A DNA stretch of 64,000 bases from Candidatus Kaiserbacteria bacterium. Lineage in GTDB: Bacteria > Patescibacteriota > Minisyncoccia > Phycocordibacterales > UBA2100. The position numbers and the translations under genes are program-made. Under the pieces are notes generated by a model. That model searched no databases and was not told the DNA's origin. It saw only the letters and a list, made by a program, of their open reading frames with translations. This document shows, piece by piece, positions 17,775-28,869 of the stretch; position 1 is the stretch's first letter; the number at the start of each line of letters is the position of its first letter. Location of the stretch: assembly GCA_017134395.1 (NCBI GenBank), contig CP070993.1, positions 189,656-253,655 on the forward strand. The letters run 5' to 3'.

Positions 17775-19694
17775 ATGTCTAAAATTTTAGGAATCGACCT
17801 CGGTACTACAAACTCAGCAATGGCTATTGTTGAAGGCGGAGAACCAGTAATAGTTGAAAACACCGAAGGAGCACGAACGACACCATCTATCGTTGGTATT
17901 TCTAAGAATGGAGAGCGTATGGTAGGAGTTCTCGCAAAGCGTCAAGCTGTAACGAACCCACAAAACACCATTTTTGGTGTAAAGCGTTTTGTAGGACACA
18001 AATTCACTGACGCGTCAGTGCAAAAAGATAAAGATATCGTCCCGTACGAACTTAAAGAAGGAACAGATAAAGGAGTTATGATTACGCTTTCAGGCAAAGA
18101 GTATCGACCTGAAGAAGTTTCAGCAATGATTCTTCAAAAACTTAAAGCAGATGCTGAAAAGAAAACGGGTGAGACGATAACAGAGGCGGTCATTACAGTA
18201 CCTGCATACTTTGATGATGCTCAGCGTAAGGCAACGAAAGATGCGGGTAAAATCGCGGGACTTGATGTAAAACGCATCATTAACGAACCAACGGCTGCTG
18301 CTCTTGCGTATGGCTTCAATAAGAAGAATGACGAACAAATAGTCGTATTCGACTTTGGTGGTGGAACCTTTGATGTATCAGTACTAGAAGTTGCAGATGA
18401 CGTAATTGAAGTAAAAGCGACAGACGGTGACTCACACATGGGAGGACGCGATATTGACCAAAAAATTATAACGTGGATCGTAGATGAATTTAAGAAAGAG
18501 TCGGGTATTGATGTAAGTAAAGATGCTCTTGCCCTTCAGCGTCTTGATGAAGCAGCCGAGAAAGCGAAGATTGAACTCTCTACTGCAGCAGAATCAGAAA
18601 TAAATATTCCATTTATTACCTCAGATGAATCTGGTCCAAAACACCTTATTTTAAAGCTCACTCGGGCAACTCTTGAAGAGCTTGCAGATGAATACGTACA
18701 GCAAGCGCTTGCCATTACAAAGCGAGCAGTGGAGGCAAGTCCTTTTGAAATTAATGATATCGATGAGGTAATTCTTGTTGGTGGACAGACTCGAATGCCT
18801 ATCATTGTTGAGAAAGTGAAAGAGCTGTTTGGCAAAGAACCAAATAAATCTATCAACCCGGATGAAGTAGTAGCGCTTGGAGCCGCACTACAAGGTGGCA
18901 TTCTACAAGGAGACGTTAAGGATGTGCTCTTGCTTGATGTTATTCCACTTTCATTAGGAATTGAAACTATGGGCGGTATTGCAACGAAGCTTATTGAACG
19001 AAACACAACAATCCCAACAAGTAAATCTCAAATATTCTCTACGGCAGCTGAGAACCAACCTTCAGTTGAGATTGTAGTATCACAAGGAGAACGTGAAATG
19101 GCAGCAGACAATAAAATTCTTGGACGCTTTGTACTTGATGGTATTGCGCCTGCTCCACGTGGTGTTCCTCAAATTGAAGTTACTTTTGACATCGATGCAA
19201 ACGGTATCTTGCAAGTGAAAGCGCTAGACAAGGGAACCAGCAAAGAACAATCAATTCGTATTGAAGGAAGCTCGGGGCTATCAGAAGAAGAAGTAGAGAA
19301 AATGAAAGCCGATGCTGAGGCGCACGCTGATGAGGATAAGAAAAAACGAGAGATTATTGAAGTGAAGAATACCTCAGAACAAATTGTGTACGCTGCTGAA
19401 AAAGCACTCAAAGAACATGGAGAAAAAGTTGACGAAGCAATTACAAAAGATATTACAGAAAAAATTGATGTACTAAAGAAAGCACGCGAAGGTGATGACG
19501 TAGCTGCTATTACTACAGCCTCAGAAGGCCTCAGTGCTGCTATAAGTAAGATTGGAGAAGCAATGGCCAAGCAAGCAGAAACAACACAACCTGAAGGTTC
19601 TGAAGAGTCAAAAGAAGATGCTCCTGAAGATCAAAAAGACGCAGGTGAACAAGAACGTGATGCAGAGTTTGACGAGACTGATGAGAAGAAGTAG
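17775..19694 (+). CDS. dnaK: Chaperone DnaK
   Basis: [51 protein letters not shown]. Confidence 0.99.
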   Translation: MSKILGIDLGTTNSAMAIVEGGEPVIVENTEGARTTPSIVGISKNGERMVGVLAKRQAVTNPQNTIFGVKRFVGHKFTDASVQKDKDIVPYELKEGTDKGVMITLSGKEYRPEEVSAMILQKLKADAEKKTGETITEAVITVPAYFDDAQRKATKDAGKIAGLDVKRIINEPTAAALAYGFNKKNDEQIVVFDFGGGTFDVSVLEVADDVIEVKATDGDSHMGGRDIDQKIITWIVDEFKKESGIDVSKDALALQRLDEAAEKAKIELSTAAESEINIPFITSDESGPKHLILKLTRATLEELADEYVQQALAITKRAVEASPFEINDIDEVILVGGQTRMPIIVEKVKELFGKEPNKSINPDEVVALGAALQGGILQGDVKDVLLLDVIPLSLGIETMGGIATKLIERNTTIPTSKSQIFSTAAENQPSVEIVVSQGEREMAADNKILGRFVLDGIAPAPRGVPQIEVTFDIDANGILQVKALDKGTSKEQSIRIEGSSGLSEEEVEKMKADAEAHADEDKKKREIIEVKNTSEQIVYAAEKALKEHGEKVDEAITKDITEKIDVLKKAREGDDVAAITTASEGLSAAISKIGEAMAKQAETTQPEGSEESKEDAPEDQKDAGEQERDAEFDETDEKK

Positions 19695-19706
19695 TCTGAT
19701 GGCACA

Positions 19707-20783
19707 ATGAAAGATTATTACCAAATCCTCGGATTACAAAAGAGTGCAACTGATTCTGAAATAAAGAAAGCATTTCGTGCACTCGCACAAAAATACCATC
19801 CAGATAAAAAGACTGGCGACGAAGCTAGATTCAAAGAAGCCAGTGAAGCCTACGCAGTACTTGGAGATAAAAAGAAGCGTGCTGAGTACGATACCTACGG
19901 ACGTACGTTTGCTGGCGGTGGACAACAACAAGGTGCTAGCTTTGGCGGGTTTGATTTCTCACAATTCCAACAAGGGTTCGGCGGCGGTGCCGATGGCGTT
20001 GAATTTGACCTTGGTGATATATTCAGTGAAGTATTTGGAGGTGGCGGAAGATCGCAAGCACGTCGCGGGCGAGACATTTCGATGGACCTCGAGCTTGATT
20101 TTAAAGATGCTGCCTTCGGCATAGAAAGAACAGTACTCTTAAACAAAGTTGGCTATTGTAGTGAATGTGAGGGGAGCGGTGCCAAAGACAAACGAGATGT
20201 GAAAACATGTACCACCTGCAACGGTAAAGGTTCTGTACACGAAACACGCCGTTCAGTACTAGGTACCTTTACCAGTGCACGAGAATGTAAGGAGTGTCAT
20301 GGTATCGGAAAGATTCCTAAAACTCCTTGCAAAACTTGTAAAGGGAAGGGTGTACTCCAAAAACAAGAAGAAATTAAGCTCGCGATTCCTGCCGGAATTG
20401 ATAATGGCGAAATGATTCGTCTTATGGGAAAAGGAGAGGCTGTGCAAGGAGGTACCGCAGGAGATTTATATATAAAGATACATGTGCGTCCGCATAAAGA
20501 TTTTGTTCGCAGCGGGAAAGATATTCGTATGAGTTTGAATGTAAAGCTCACTGATGCACTTTTAGGAAGTACGTACACGATTCCTACTCTTGAAAAGAAT
20601 GTAGATCTTAAAATTCCAGCAGGTATTACGCACGGCGAGGTGCTGAGGATAAAAGGCAAGGGAATACCTCGTGAAGACAGTAGCCGAGGAGACCTCCTCG
20701 TTGCGGTTCATATAGATCTTCCGAAAAAATTATCGCGTTCTGCAAAAAAACTTATCGAGGGGCTACGAGACGCAGGTATCTAA
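19707..20783 (+). CDS. dnaJ: Chaperone DnaJ
   Basis: J domain HPD, G/F region, four CxxCxGxG repeats. Confidence 0.98.
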   Translation: MKDYYQILGLQKSATDSEIKKAFRALAQKYHPDKKTGDEARFKEASEAYAVLGDKKKRAEYDTYGRTFAGGGQQQGASFGGFDFSQFQQGFGGGADGVEFDLGDIFSEVFGGGGRSQARRGRDISMDLELDFKDAAFGIERTVLLNKVGYCSECEGSGAKDKRDVKTCTTCNGKGSVHETRRSVLGTFTSARECKECHGIGKIPKTPCKTCKGKGVLQKQEEIKLAIPAGIDNGEMIRLMGKGEAVQGGTAGDLYIKIHVRPHKDFVRSGKDIRMSLNVKLTDALLGSTYTIPTLEKNVDLKIPAGITHGEVLRIKGKGIPREDSSRGDLLVAVHIDLPKKLSRSAKKLIEGLRDAGI

Positions 20784-20792
20784 AATATCTGT

Positions 20793-21533
20793 ATGTCACA
20801 GTTTTCTTCTTTCTCAATACGGAAAATACAGCTTTTAACACCATCGCTTCTACAAGGTTTTGCGTGGCCGTTCGGTCGCTTTGCAGTACATTTTTTTACC
20901 CATCTTACAATAGAGGGTAAAGAGAACATAAAAAAAGCATCGCACTATAGGAAACAAAACGATGTCGGTACTATTTTTGTAGTAAACCACACACATGAGC
21001 TCGATTTTCTCTTTCCTCTTGTTGGAGTGTCACCATTATCATCCCTATTCCCCATGTTCTATGTTGCGCATGCGAGAAAAAAGTATAGTGAAAAAACTGG
21101 ATTCGGACTCAGGCGATATATTTATAGCTTTCCTGCTTTTCTAACATCATGGGGTGCGCATCCATATATCGCAGATCAAAAGGATTACAGTAAATCAATG
21201 CCCTATCACGAAATTTTATTGCGTAATAAAAAAAGTGTTTGTATCTTTCCCGAAGGAGGAATACGAAAAGAAGGTGCGGACCGGAAAATCCGTGGAGGGG
21301 TAGCTTACCTTGCTGAAGCAACAGGAGCGGCAATTCTTCCTATAGCCATTTCAGGTGCAAAAGGTATGAATTCACGCTCCTTCTTTAAGAGAGAGAAGAT
21401 GATTACTATAAAATATTTACCGCCACTTTTCATAAAGGATATCGAAGATACTACTCTACCAATACCTGAACGCTACAAAGATTCTGCAAAAAAACTAATG
21501 AATATCATTGAACAGAAAGTAAAAACTAACTAA
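20793..21533 (+). CDS. PlsC-like lysophospholipid acyltransferase
   Basis: NH(X4)D motif NHTHELD, IFPEGG, G.AYLA..TGA.ILP..ISG. Confidence 0.85.
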   Translation: MSQFSSFSIRKIQLLTPSLLQGFAWPFGRFAVHFFTHLTIEGKENIKKASHYRKQNDVGTIFVVNHTHELDFLFPLVGVSPLSSLFPMFYVAHARKKYSEKTGFGLRRYIYSFPAFLTSWGAHPYIADQKDYSKSMPYHEILLRNKKSVCIFPEGGIRKEGADRKIRGGVAYLAEATGAAILPIAISGAKGMNSRSFFKREKMITIKYLPPLFIKDIEDTTLPIPERYKDSAKKLMNIIEQKVKTN

Positions 21534-21576
21534 CATAGCCACATAAAACGAACCTGATAACTGCTATACTTTTATC

Positions 21577-22737
21577 ATGGGTTCACTTTTTAAATTAATC
21601 TCGCATACGGCTCGAGATTTGGTTGATTTACTTATTCCTCAGCAAGGATACAAGGATATGTATTCATTTGCTTTTCTTGTACATCCTCGAGATGAACGAG
21701 ATATGCATAGACGTTTCCCATTCCTAGCTAAAACACCTGCATGGCTCAAACGTTTGATACAACATCATTTTTGGCCTATTACAGTCTCACATATAACAGG
21801 ATTACAGTCTGCGGAGAGCGGAGAAGAAATTCCTGGGTTTGTAATTACAATCCCGATGACCGCTGATGAAATGTTAAAAAACCGAGAGCGTGCTAAAAAA
21901 CAAATAATTCGTGCTACTACATTAGCTCGCAATAAGGGTTCAAAAATTGTAGGTCTTGGTGCACTTACTTCCTCATTGTCTCGCGGAGGACTAGACTTAC
22001 TAGAAATAAACGGTATCGCCGTAACGACAGGACATGCGTATACTGGCTACACGGTAACACAGACACTACTGAAGCAACTAAATGACGCACAAGTCAATTA
22101 CAAAGAAACGGATCATCCTATTGGAATAGTTGGAGCCGCTGGATCAGTTGGTTCTATTTCGGCAGAAATTCTTGTACATGCTGGAGTAAAATCTCTTCTT
22201 CTTATTGATATAGATAGAAAGATGGAGTCAGTAAACAATTTAAAAACGCAACTGATTTCTTTAAATCCAAACCTAAAAATTGAATGTAGCACAAACATGG
22301 GAATACTAAAAAATGCACTTGGAGTTATTACTGCAACAAACGCACCAGATACCTTGGTAAAAGACGAACACATTTCTGCTGGCACAATTATTGTAGATGA
22401 TGCACAACCAAGTGATATATCTCCAGAATTATATGACAGGGAAGACGTGCTGGTTCTTGAGGCTGGTGCGGTTCATACACCCAACATATCTACCAACTTC
22501 AATATGGGACTTGCTAATCGCAATGATAACTTCTGCTGTCTGGCAGAAGTCCTGATTCTGGCTTCTAAAAAGCACGCCCACAACTTTGTAATAAATAGAG
22601 CAACTCTTAGTGACGTCGAGCACATACGAAAAGGCGGTGATGAATTAGGCTTTACACTTGCAGAAGCGCAAAATGAGCATGGGGTCATTCATAAAGAAAA
22701 AATACAACGAGTAGCATCACTTGCCCAAAAACGCTAA
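21577..22737 (+). CDS. Fatty acyl-ACP reductase-like / COG5322 NAD(P)-dependent dehydrogenase
   Basis: FAFLVHP, IVGLGALTS, VTTGHAYT, Rossmann IVGAAGSVG, VDDAQP.D, conserved Cys motif FCCLAE. Confidence 0.8.
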   Translation: MGSLFKLISHTARDLVDLLIPQQGYKDMYSFAFLVHPRDERDMHRRFPFLAKTPAWLKRLIQHHFWPITVSHITGLQSAESGEEIPGFVITIPMTADEMLKNRERAKKQIIRATTLARNKGSKIVGLGALTSSLSRGGLDLLEINGIAVTTGHAYTGYTVTQTLLKQLNDAQVNYKETDHPIGIVGAAGSVGSISAEILVHAGVKSLLLIDIDRKMESVNNLKTQLISLNPNLKIECSTNMGILKNALGVITATNAPDTLVKDEHISAGTIIVDDAQPSDISPELYDREDVLVLEAGAVHTPNISTNFNMGLANRNDNFCCLAEVLILASKKHAHNFVINRATLSDVEHIRKGGDELGFTLAEAQNEHGVIHKEKIQRVASLAQKR

Positions 22738-22745
22738 CCTTCATT

Positions 22746-24395
22746 ATGAATCTTTCATTCGACACGATAAACGCACTTATTGCCCTCGCTACTGTAGCGA
22801 ACCTGCTGTATGGATTTCTCGTATATAAGAGAAACAGTGCTTCAGCAAGTAATATAGCTTTCTTCTTGCTTACCATTGCAGTCACGGGGTGGGGAGTGAC
22901 GATGATTATTTTTCGTAGCACAACAGCTATCGAAATAGCATTAAACGCGTCCTATTGGCTTTATGCCGCTGCGGCTGCAATACCAACATTCTTTTTATTA
23001 TTTGCCATATTGTTTCCAAGTGAGAAGTATGTTCTAGAATCAAAACACACTGCTTATATTTTTATCCCGTTTAGCCTAGTCCTTTTTTCTATTTTCTACC
23101 CTGACCTATTTATAAAAACTGTAATCTTTGAAACAGGTAAGGAGCATGCAATCGTCTTCGAGCCATTTTTACATATTGGATACGCCTTATATGTGAGCGG
23201 GATGTTTTTAGCCAGTTTTTTTGTTCTTATTAGAAAATATGCAAAGAGCGCTGGAATACTGCGCTCACAAGTTATATATATCTTGATAGGAGCTTTAGTA
23301 CCAACCTTCGTTGGCTTATTTTCAAATCTTCTCCTACCAATCATGGGAGAATTTCGTTGGAATTGGATGGGGCAAATTAGCATAGCAGTAACAACCGGGA
23401 TAATAACGTACGGTATTCTTCGCCATCGTATATTTAACATACGAATTATTGCAACAGAAATTCTTATTTTTATAGTATGGTTTATTGCGTTCTTACGAAT
23501 AATTTTTTCAGATACTCCCCCTGCTGTTATATTCAATACAGTCGCGTTTCTTGCACTCGTAACTGTTGGATTCTGGCTCGTACGAAGCGTATCTAGAGAA
23601 GTCGATACGAGAGAAGAGTTAGAGGTTCTTACTAAACAATTAAAAAAAGCAAATGGTCGTCTTAAAGAACTTGATAGACAGAAGTCAGAATTCCTTTCAA
23701 TAGCAACTCATCAACTTCGTGGTCCACTGGCAGGTATACGTGGGCATCTATCATTAGTTATAGACGGCTCATACGGAGAAATTCCACAAAAGGCACTGAC
23801 TATCATAGCGAAGGTATTCGAGGCAAGTGGTACTCTTACGGGGACAATAAACGATTTTCTTAACGTTTCTCGTATTGAACAAGGTCGTATGCAATACGAT
23901 AAAGAGCACTTCCGTTGTAGTGAATTGGTAAAAGACATCACCGAAGAACTCCAGCCAGTGGCACAAGCGAGGAAACTTGAACTCAAATTCGTAAATAAGT
24001 GTATAGGAACGTGTGGGATATATGCTGACAAGAATAAGTTGCGACATATATTTACAAACCTCATTGATAACGCAATTAAATATACCGAAAAGGGTTGGGT
24101 GAAAGTAACCGTATACGATGATGAAAAAGAAGAGAGGATACGCGTAGAAGTATCAGATAGTGGAATTGGAATAAACACAACAGAAAAGGAGGAGCTCTTC
24201 CAAAAGTTTGTAAGAGCACGTGGTGCTTCAGGAATAAATGTAAATGGGACAGGATTAGGACTCTACGTCGCTCGTCAAATGGTCGAAGCGCATAAGGGTA
24301 AAATATGGGCAGAATCAGAAGGCGAAGGTAAAGGATCGACGTTTATCGTAGAATTGCCAACAGCTACTGATACACCGGATGCGGAAGAGAAATAG
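22746..24395 (+). CDS. Sensor histidine kinase with N-terminal 7TM (HisKA_7TM-like) domain
   Basis: Multiple TM helices; KSEFLSIATHQLRGPL (H box), NLIDNAIKYT, D.G.G, GTGLGL, GSTF. Confidence 0.93.
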   Translation: MNLSFDTINALIALATVANLLYGFLVYKRNSASASNIAFFLLTIAVTGWGVTMIIFRSTTAIEIALNASYWLYAAAAAIPTFFLLFAILFPSEKYVLESKHTAYIFIPFSLVLFSIFYPDLFIKTVIFETGKEHAIVFEPFLHIGYALYVSGMFLASFFVLIRKYAKSAGILRSQVIYILIGALVPTFVGLFSNLLLPIMGEFRWNWMGQISIAVTTGIITYGILRHRIFNIRIIATEILIFIVWFIAFLRIIFSDTPPAVIFNTVAFLALVTVGFWLVRSVSREVDTREELEVLTKQLKKANGRLKELDRQKSEFLSIATHQLRGPLAGIRGHLSLVIDGSYGEIPQKALTIIAKVFEASGTLTGTINDFLNVSRIEQGRMQYDKEHFRCSELVKDITEELQPVAQARKLELKFVNKCIGTCGIYADKNKLRHIFTNLIDNAIKYTEKGWVKVTVYDDEKEERIRVEVSDSGIGINTTEKEELFQKFVRARGASGINVNGTGLGLYVARQMVEAHKGKIWAESEGEGKGSTFIVELPTATDTPDAEEK

Positions 24396-24425
24396 CGCTT
24401 TCCAAAGCCGTTCAATGCTGCTACC

Positions 24426-25382
24426 ATGCCTATTATCATGCAGGAAAAAAAGCGATTACTCACCGGCTTACAGCCTTCAGGGACACTCCATATAGGAAAT
24501 TACTTTGGTGCACTTAAGCCATTTGTGGATTTATACGATTCATACGATAGCTACTTGATGGTTGTTGACTATCATGCGCTTACTACAATGCGAGACCCTG
24601 AACAATTACAACAGAACATTCGCAATATTGTTAAAGACTATCTTGCTGTTGGTGTTGATCCCGAAAAAATTACTTTGTTTAAACAATCAGACGTAGCGGC
24701 ACACACTGAACTAGCGTGGATTTTTGAATGCTTAGTGACTGTACCATTTCTTATGCAAGCACATTCATACAAAGACAAAGTTGCAAAAGGACTAGAAGCG
24801 AACGCCGGATTATTTAATTATCCAATGCTTATGGCGGCCGATATTCTTCTCTATGACACACAAGTAGTCCCTGTAGGGGAAGACCAACGGCAACACATAG
24901 AGTACGCACGTGAAGCAGCACATAAGTTTAATAATGCATTTGGAGAAACATTCACTGCGCCAAAAGAACATATCGTTGACGGTGTAGGTGTTGTTCCTGG
25001 AACTGATGGAAAGAAGATGAGTAAAAGCTACGGGAATACTATTCCATTGTTTGGTACAAAAGAGGAAATCACTAAAGCAGTAATGGGAATTGTAACTGAT
25101 TCATCTGGCGGGCGTCCGGAGAATGTATACGCGATACATAAGTTATTGCGATCAGAATCAGAACTAGAAACCCTCTACAAAGAAAAAGAAGGTAATTACA
25201 AAGAGTTAAAGGAGGCACTCATCGAAGACATTGAAACGTTAGTTGCACCAATGCGAGAAAAACGAGATAGCATCACTGATGAACAAGTACGAGAGGCTCT
25301 TGCATCTGGTGCAGAGAAAGCACGAGCATACGCTCACGTAAAGATGCAAGATGTTAAAAACAAAATTGGTGTAACAGTATAA
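24426..25382 (+). CDS. trpS: Tryptophan--tRNA ligase
   Basis: TG.QPSG.LHIGNY.GA, YP.LMAADIL, VPVGEDQ.QH, KMSKS; alternative start 24438. Confidence 0.97.
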   Translation: MPIIMQEKKRLLTGLQPSGTLHIGNYFGALKPFVDLYDSYDSYLMVVDYHALTTMRDPEQLQQNIRNIVKDYLAVGVDPEKITLFKQSDVAAHTELAWIFECLVTVPFLMQAHSYKDKVAKGLEANAGLFNYPMLMAADILLYDTQVVPVGEDQRQHIEYAREAAHKFNNAFGETFTAPKEHIVDGVGVVPGTDGKKMSKSYGNTIPLFGTKEEITKAVMGIVTDSSGGRPENVYAIHKLLRSESELETLYKEKEGNYKELKEALIEDIETLVAPMREKRDSITDEQVREALASGAEKARAYAHVKMQDVKNKIGVTV

Positions 25383-25384
25383 TT

Positions 25385-26710
25385 ATGGAAAGAACCACAA
25401 TCGGAGATATTTCAGCACACAAAGGAAAAAAGGTACACATCAAAGGATGGGTAGATGTTCGACGCGATCACGGGAAATTGATGTTTCTTGTCTTGCGAGA
25501 TAGAAGTGGCACAGTGCAAGCTATTATAAAAGATGGCATTGAGGCTTTCACAAAGGCACAGAAATTACGCGAACAGTGGGTAGTAAGTATCCAGGGAATT
25601 GTTACTGAGCGGCCAGAAAAAATGATCAAGGATGAGCAAAATGGGGATGTAGAGTTACTCATAGAGGATCTGCAAATTCTTTCAGAAGCTGCGGAACTTC
25701 CCTTTGATATGGAAGCTGAATTAAATCTCGACACCTACCTCGACAACATGCCGCTAACACTACGAACACAGCGTGCGCGAGACGTTTTTACAATTCAAGC
25801 AACTATAACTGAAGCGTTCCGAGGCTTCCTACGAGATAATGGATTTACTGAGTACCAAGCGCCGGCGCTTGTAGGTGGAGATGCTGAAGGTGGAGCTTCG
25901 GCCTTTAAAGTGAATTACTATAACGATAAGGATGCCTACTTAGCAACGAGCCCACAGCTCTATAAACAAATTATGGTTGGAGTTTTTGAAAGAGTTTTCA
26001 GTATCGGGAAAGTATTCCGAGGAGAAGAACATGCGACATCGCGACATATTTCTGAATATTCTTCTTTGGACTTTGAGATGGGGTTCATTGAGGACCACAA
26101 AGATGTAATGGAAATGACTCAAGCCGTTTACACTTACATTTCTAAAACAATCGCAGAACGTCATGCTGACATACTGAAGCGATTCGGCATTGAAGCACCT
26201 AAAACTCCAGAAAAGTTCCCAGTGCTGAAATTAAGCGAGGCTCAAGAAATCATTGAGAAAGAATTTGGAGGTAAAGCAGTTGGCGAACCAGACCTAGAAC
26301 CAGAGCATGAGCGACAGCTATCTGAATGGGCTCTCAAAAACCATGATTCTGATTTTGTGTTTATTACACATTATCCAGTATCAAAGCGCCCATTCTATAC
26401 ATACGAAGATAAAGACGAACCAGGGACTACAAAAAGTTTTGACCTATTGTTCCGCGGTCTTGAAATCACCACCGGAGGACAGCGAGTACATGACCATGAC
26501 GAAATGATAGAAAAAATAAAGGAAAAGGGAATGAACCCAGACCTCTTTTCTTTCTATCTGCAGGCATTTAAGTACGGCATGCCACCACACGGTGGTACAG
26601 GTAACGGACTTGAACGTGTAACTGAACTTATGCTTGGTCTAAAAAATATCCGTGAAGCAACGCTCTTCCCTCGCGACATGAATCGCATTGATACTCGCCT
26701 TTCAGAATAA
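25385..26710 (+). CDS. aspS: Aspartate--tRNA(Asp/Asn) ligase, short non-discriminating type
   Basis: OB fold GWV..RRDHG, LA.SPQLYKQ, FR.E...T.RH..EY..LD.EM, YGMPPHGG.G.GLER; 441 aa with no GAD insert. Confidence 0.93.
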   Translation: MERTTIGDISAHKGKKVHIKGWVDVRRDHGKLMFLVLRDRSGTVQAIIKDGIEAFTKAQKLREQWVVSIQGIVTERPEKMIKDEQNGDVELLIEDLQILSEAAELPFDMEAELNLDTYLDNMPLTLRTQRARDVFTIQATITEAFRGFLRDNGFTEYQAPALVGGDAEGGASAFKVNYYNDKDAYLATSPQLYKQIMVGVFERVFSIGKVFRGEEHATSRHISEYSSLDFEMGFIEDHKDVMEMTQAVYTYISKTIAERHADILKRFGIEAPKTPEKFPVLKLSEAQEIIEKEFGGKAVGEPDLEPEHERQLSEWALKNHDSDFVFITHYPVSKRPFYTYEDKDEPGTTKSFDLLFRGLEITTGGQRVHDHDEMIEKIKEKGMNPDLFSFYLQAFKYGMPPHGGTGNGLERVTELMLGLKNIREATLFPRDMNRIDTRLSE

Positions 26711-26715
26711 CGTAT

Positions 26716-28098
26716 ATGAAATTCCACATTAACCAAAGTCCTACAAAAAAGCACGTAAAGGTTTCTTTTGATGCGAAAGAAACCCTGCGCGTAAGCGAAG
26801 ATACTATCCGTATTGGTGTAGAAGGTGCAAAAAAGATTTCAATGAAAAAGTTTTCACGCCTTGCACGAAGTGTAGTGCGTACTGCACATATGCATCGCGC
26901 GCCACAACTAACCATAGCCTGGGATGAATTCACGCAGTTTCCTGTGCTTGCTAATTTTTCTGATGCTGAACTTGCAGAGCGCATCGCAATAGAAATGCTT
27001 CTTGCAAACTACTCTTTTACTGAATACAAGACAACACCAAAAAATGGATGGCCAACAGTCAAAGATGTTCTTCTCACTGATGTCCCAACAAAGAGTCTTT
27101 CCACTGTAAAGTCAGCACTAGCACGCGCTACTATTATTGGAGAAGAGATAAATGCTGCACGAACTCTTGCAAACACTCCCGGGTGCGATATGCCACCAAA
27201 AAAGATTTCATTCGCTGCACAAAAAGCTGCAAAAGGTATCGCTGGGTTAAAAGTAAGCGTCTTGGGTACAAAGGAAATGACAAAACTAGGCATGGGGGCA
27301 ATTCTTGGTGTAGGCCAAGGTTCGGTGCATGAGCCACAATTTATCGTACTTGAATATTCTGGAGGAAAAAAAGGCGAAAAACCTTTGGCCCTGGTAGGAA
27401 AAGGTATCACCTACGATACAGGTGGACTGGGCCTCAAACCGGCAGACGCCATGATGGGTATGCATATGGATATGACAGGAGGTGCACTGGTAATGCATGC
27501 AATTATCCTTGCCGCACGATTAAAAACTAAAAAGAATATTGTGGCTGTGGTTGCTGCAGCTGAAAATGCTGTTGGCAAAGAAAGTTACCGCATGGGGGAT
27601 ATTCTCAAAGGGATGTCAGGAAAAATGATAGAAGTACGTCATACAGACGCAGAAGGTCGTCTTGTGCTATCTGATGCGCTTACGTACGTACAGAAAAAAC
27701 ATAAACCGGGTCTTATTATAGATGTCGCGACTCTTACTGGTGCTGCATTAGTCGCACTGGGTCAGTCTGCTTCAATACTTCTTTCGCGCGACGAAAAGTT
27801 AGCTTGGGATATACATCTCAAAGGAAATGCTGTCGGTGACTATACGTGGCCGCTACCTTTATGGGATGATTTTAAACCAGAACTTGAAAGTAAGGTTGCA
27901 GACATATCAAACATCGGAAGAACACGCTATGGCGGCACAATAAATGGCGGTATGTTCTTAGGAGAATTTGTAGATGAAAAGCAGCCATGGGTGCACATAG
28001 ATATTGCACCTCGCATGGAGGCAGTAGAAGGAGACCAACTCGCGGACGGTGCAACAGGAGAGCCAATGCGCCTACTTCTTGCATTAGCCCAAGACTAA
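26716..28098 (+). CDS. pepA: Leucyl aminopeptidase (M17)
   Basis: LVGKGITYDTGG..LK, DM.G, TDAEGRLVL.D, D.ATLTGA, W.HIDIA. Confidence 0.95.
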   Translation: MKFHINQSPTKKHVKVSFDAKETLRVSEDTIRIGVEGAKKISMKKFSRLARSVVRTAHMHRAPQLTIAWDEFTQFPVLANFSDAELAERIAIEMLLANYSFTEYKTTPKNGWPTVKDVLLTDVPTKSLSTVKSALARATIIGEEINAARTLANTPGCDMPPKKISFAAQKAAKGIAGLKVSVLGTKEMTKLGMGAILGVGQGSVHEPQFIVLEYSGGKKGEKPLALVGKGITYDTGGLGLKPADAMMGMHMDMTGGALVMHAIILAARLKTKKNIVAVVAAAENAVGKESYRMGDILKGMSGKMIEVRHTDAEGRLVLSDALTYVQKKHKPGLIIDVATLTGAALVALGQSASILLSRDEKLAWDIHLKGNAVGDYTWPLPLWDDFKPELESKVADISNIGRTRYGGTINGGMFLGEFVDEKQPWVHIDIAPRMEAVEGDQLADGATGEPMRLLLALAQD

Positions 28099-28146
28099 CT
28101 CACTATACACAACTAAAAGCTCCAACTACACGGTATAATACAAAAC

Positions 28147-28869
28147 ATGGCATCGGTATTTACACTAGAAGTGGGGGAATTTAAAGGACCACTCGAACTT
28201 CTTCTTGATCTTATTGAACGACGAAAACTTGAGGTTAGTGACATTTCTCTTTCGACAGTTGCAGATGAGTATGTCGAATATATAGAAGACAGGTCCCACA
28301 TACCTCTTTCTGAAACAGCACAATTTGTAGTTATCGCATCGACATTACTTCTTATAAAATCGAGAGCCCTATTACCTTCACTAGCACTTACTACTGATGA
28401 GGAAGAAGATATACGTGATCTTGAGCACAGATTAAAGCTTTATGCCCATGCACGCCACGCTGCAAAATTACTACGAGCGCACTGGGGTAAAAGCGCGTAC
28501 TTACCAAAAAATCCGCAAAAGAGTGAGGTTATTTTTGCGCCAGCAAATGACATCACCGAGTCGAACATACTTCTGGCATTAAAGAAAGTAATGGAAGCTA
28601 TTCCAACTTTTACAAAAGCTCCTATTGCTCAAATAGCACGCGAAATTAGACTTGAAGATATTATAGATAGCCTTACTACACGTATGCAGTCAGCTTTTAC
28701 TGACTCTTTCAAAAACCTAACATCTAAAGCTGACAGAGTAGAATCTATTGTTCATTTTCTGGCACTCTTAGAATTGGTAAAACGCGGTACACTAGGAGCA
28801 CAGCAACAAGGAAATTTTTCAGACATAACAATGAACCACGAAGATGTAGACACACCACACTATGGATAA
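28147..28869 (+). CDS. scpA: Segregation and condensation protein A
   Basis: F.GPL.LLL.LI, FVVIASTLL.IKSR.LLP, FLALLEL.K. Confidence 0.93.
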   Translation: MASVFTLEVGEFKGPLELLLDLIERRKLEVSDISLSTVADEYVEYIEDRSHIPLSETAQFVVIASTLLLIKSRALLPSLALTTDEEEDIRDLEHRLKLYAHARHAAKLLRAHWGKSAYLPKNPQKSEVIFAPANDITESNILLALKKVMEAIPTFTKAPIAQIAREIRLEDIIDSLTTRMQSAFTDSFKNLTSKADRVESIVHFLALLELVKRGTLGAQQQGNFSDITMNHEDVDTPHYG

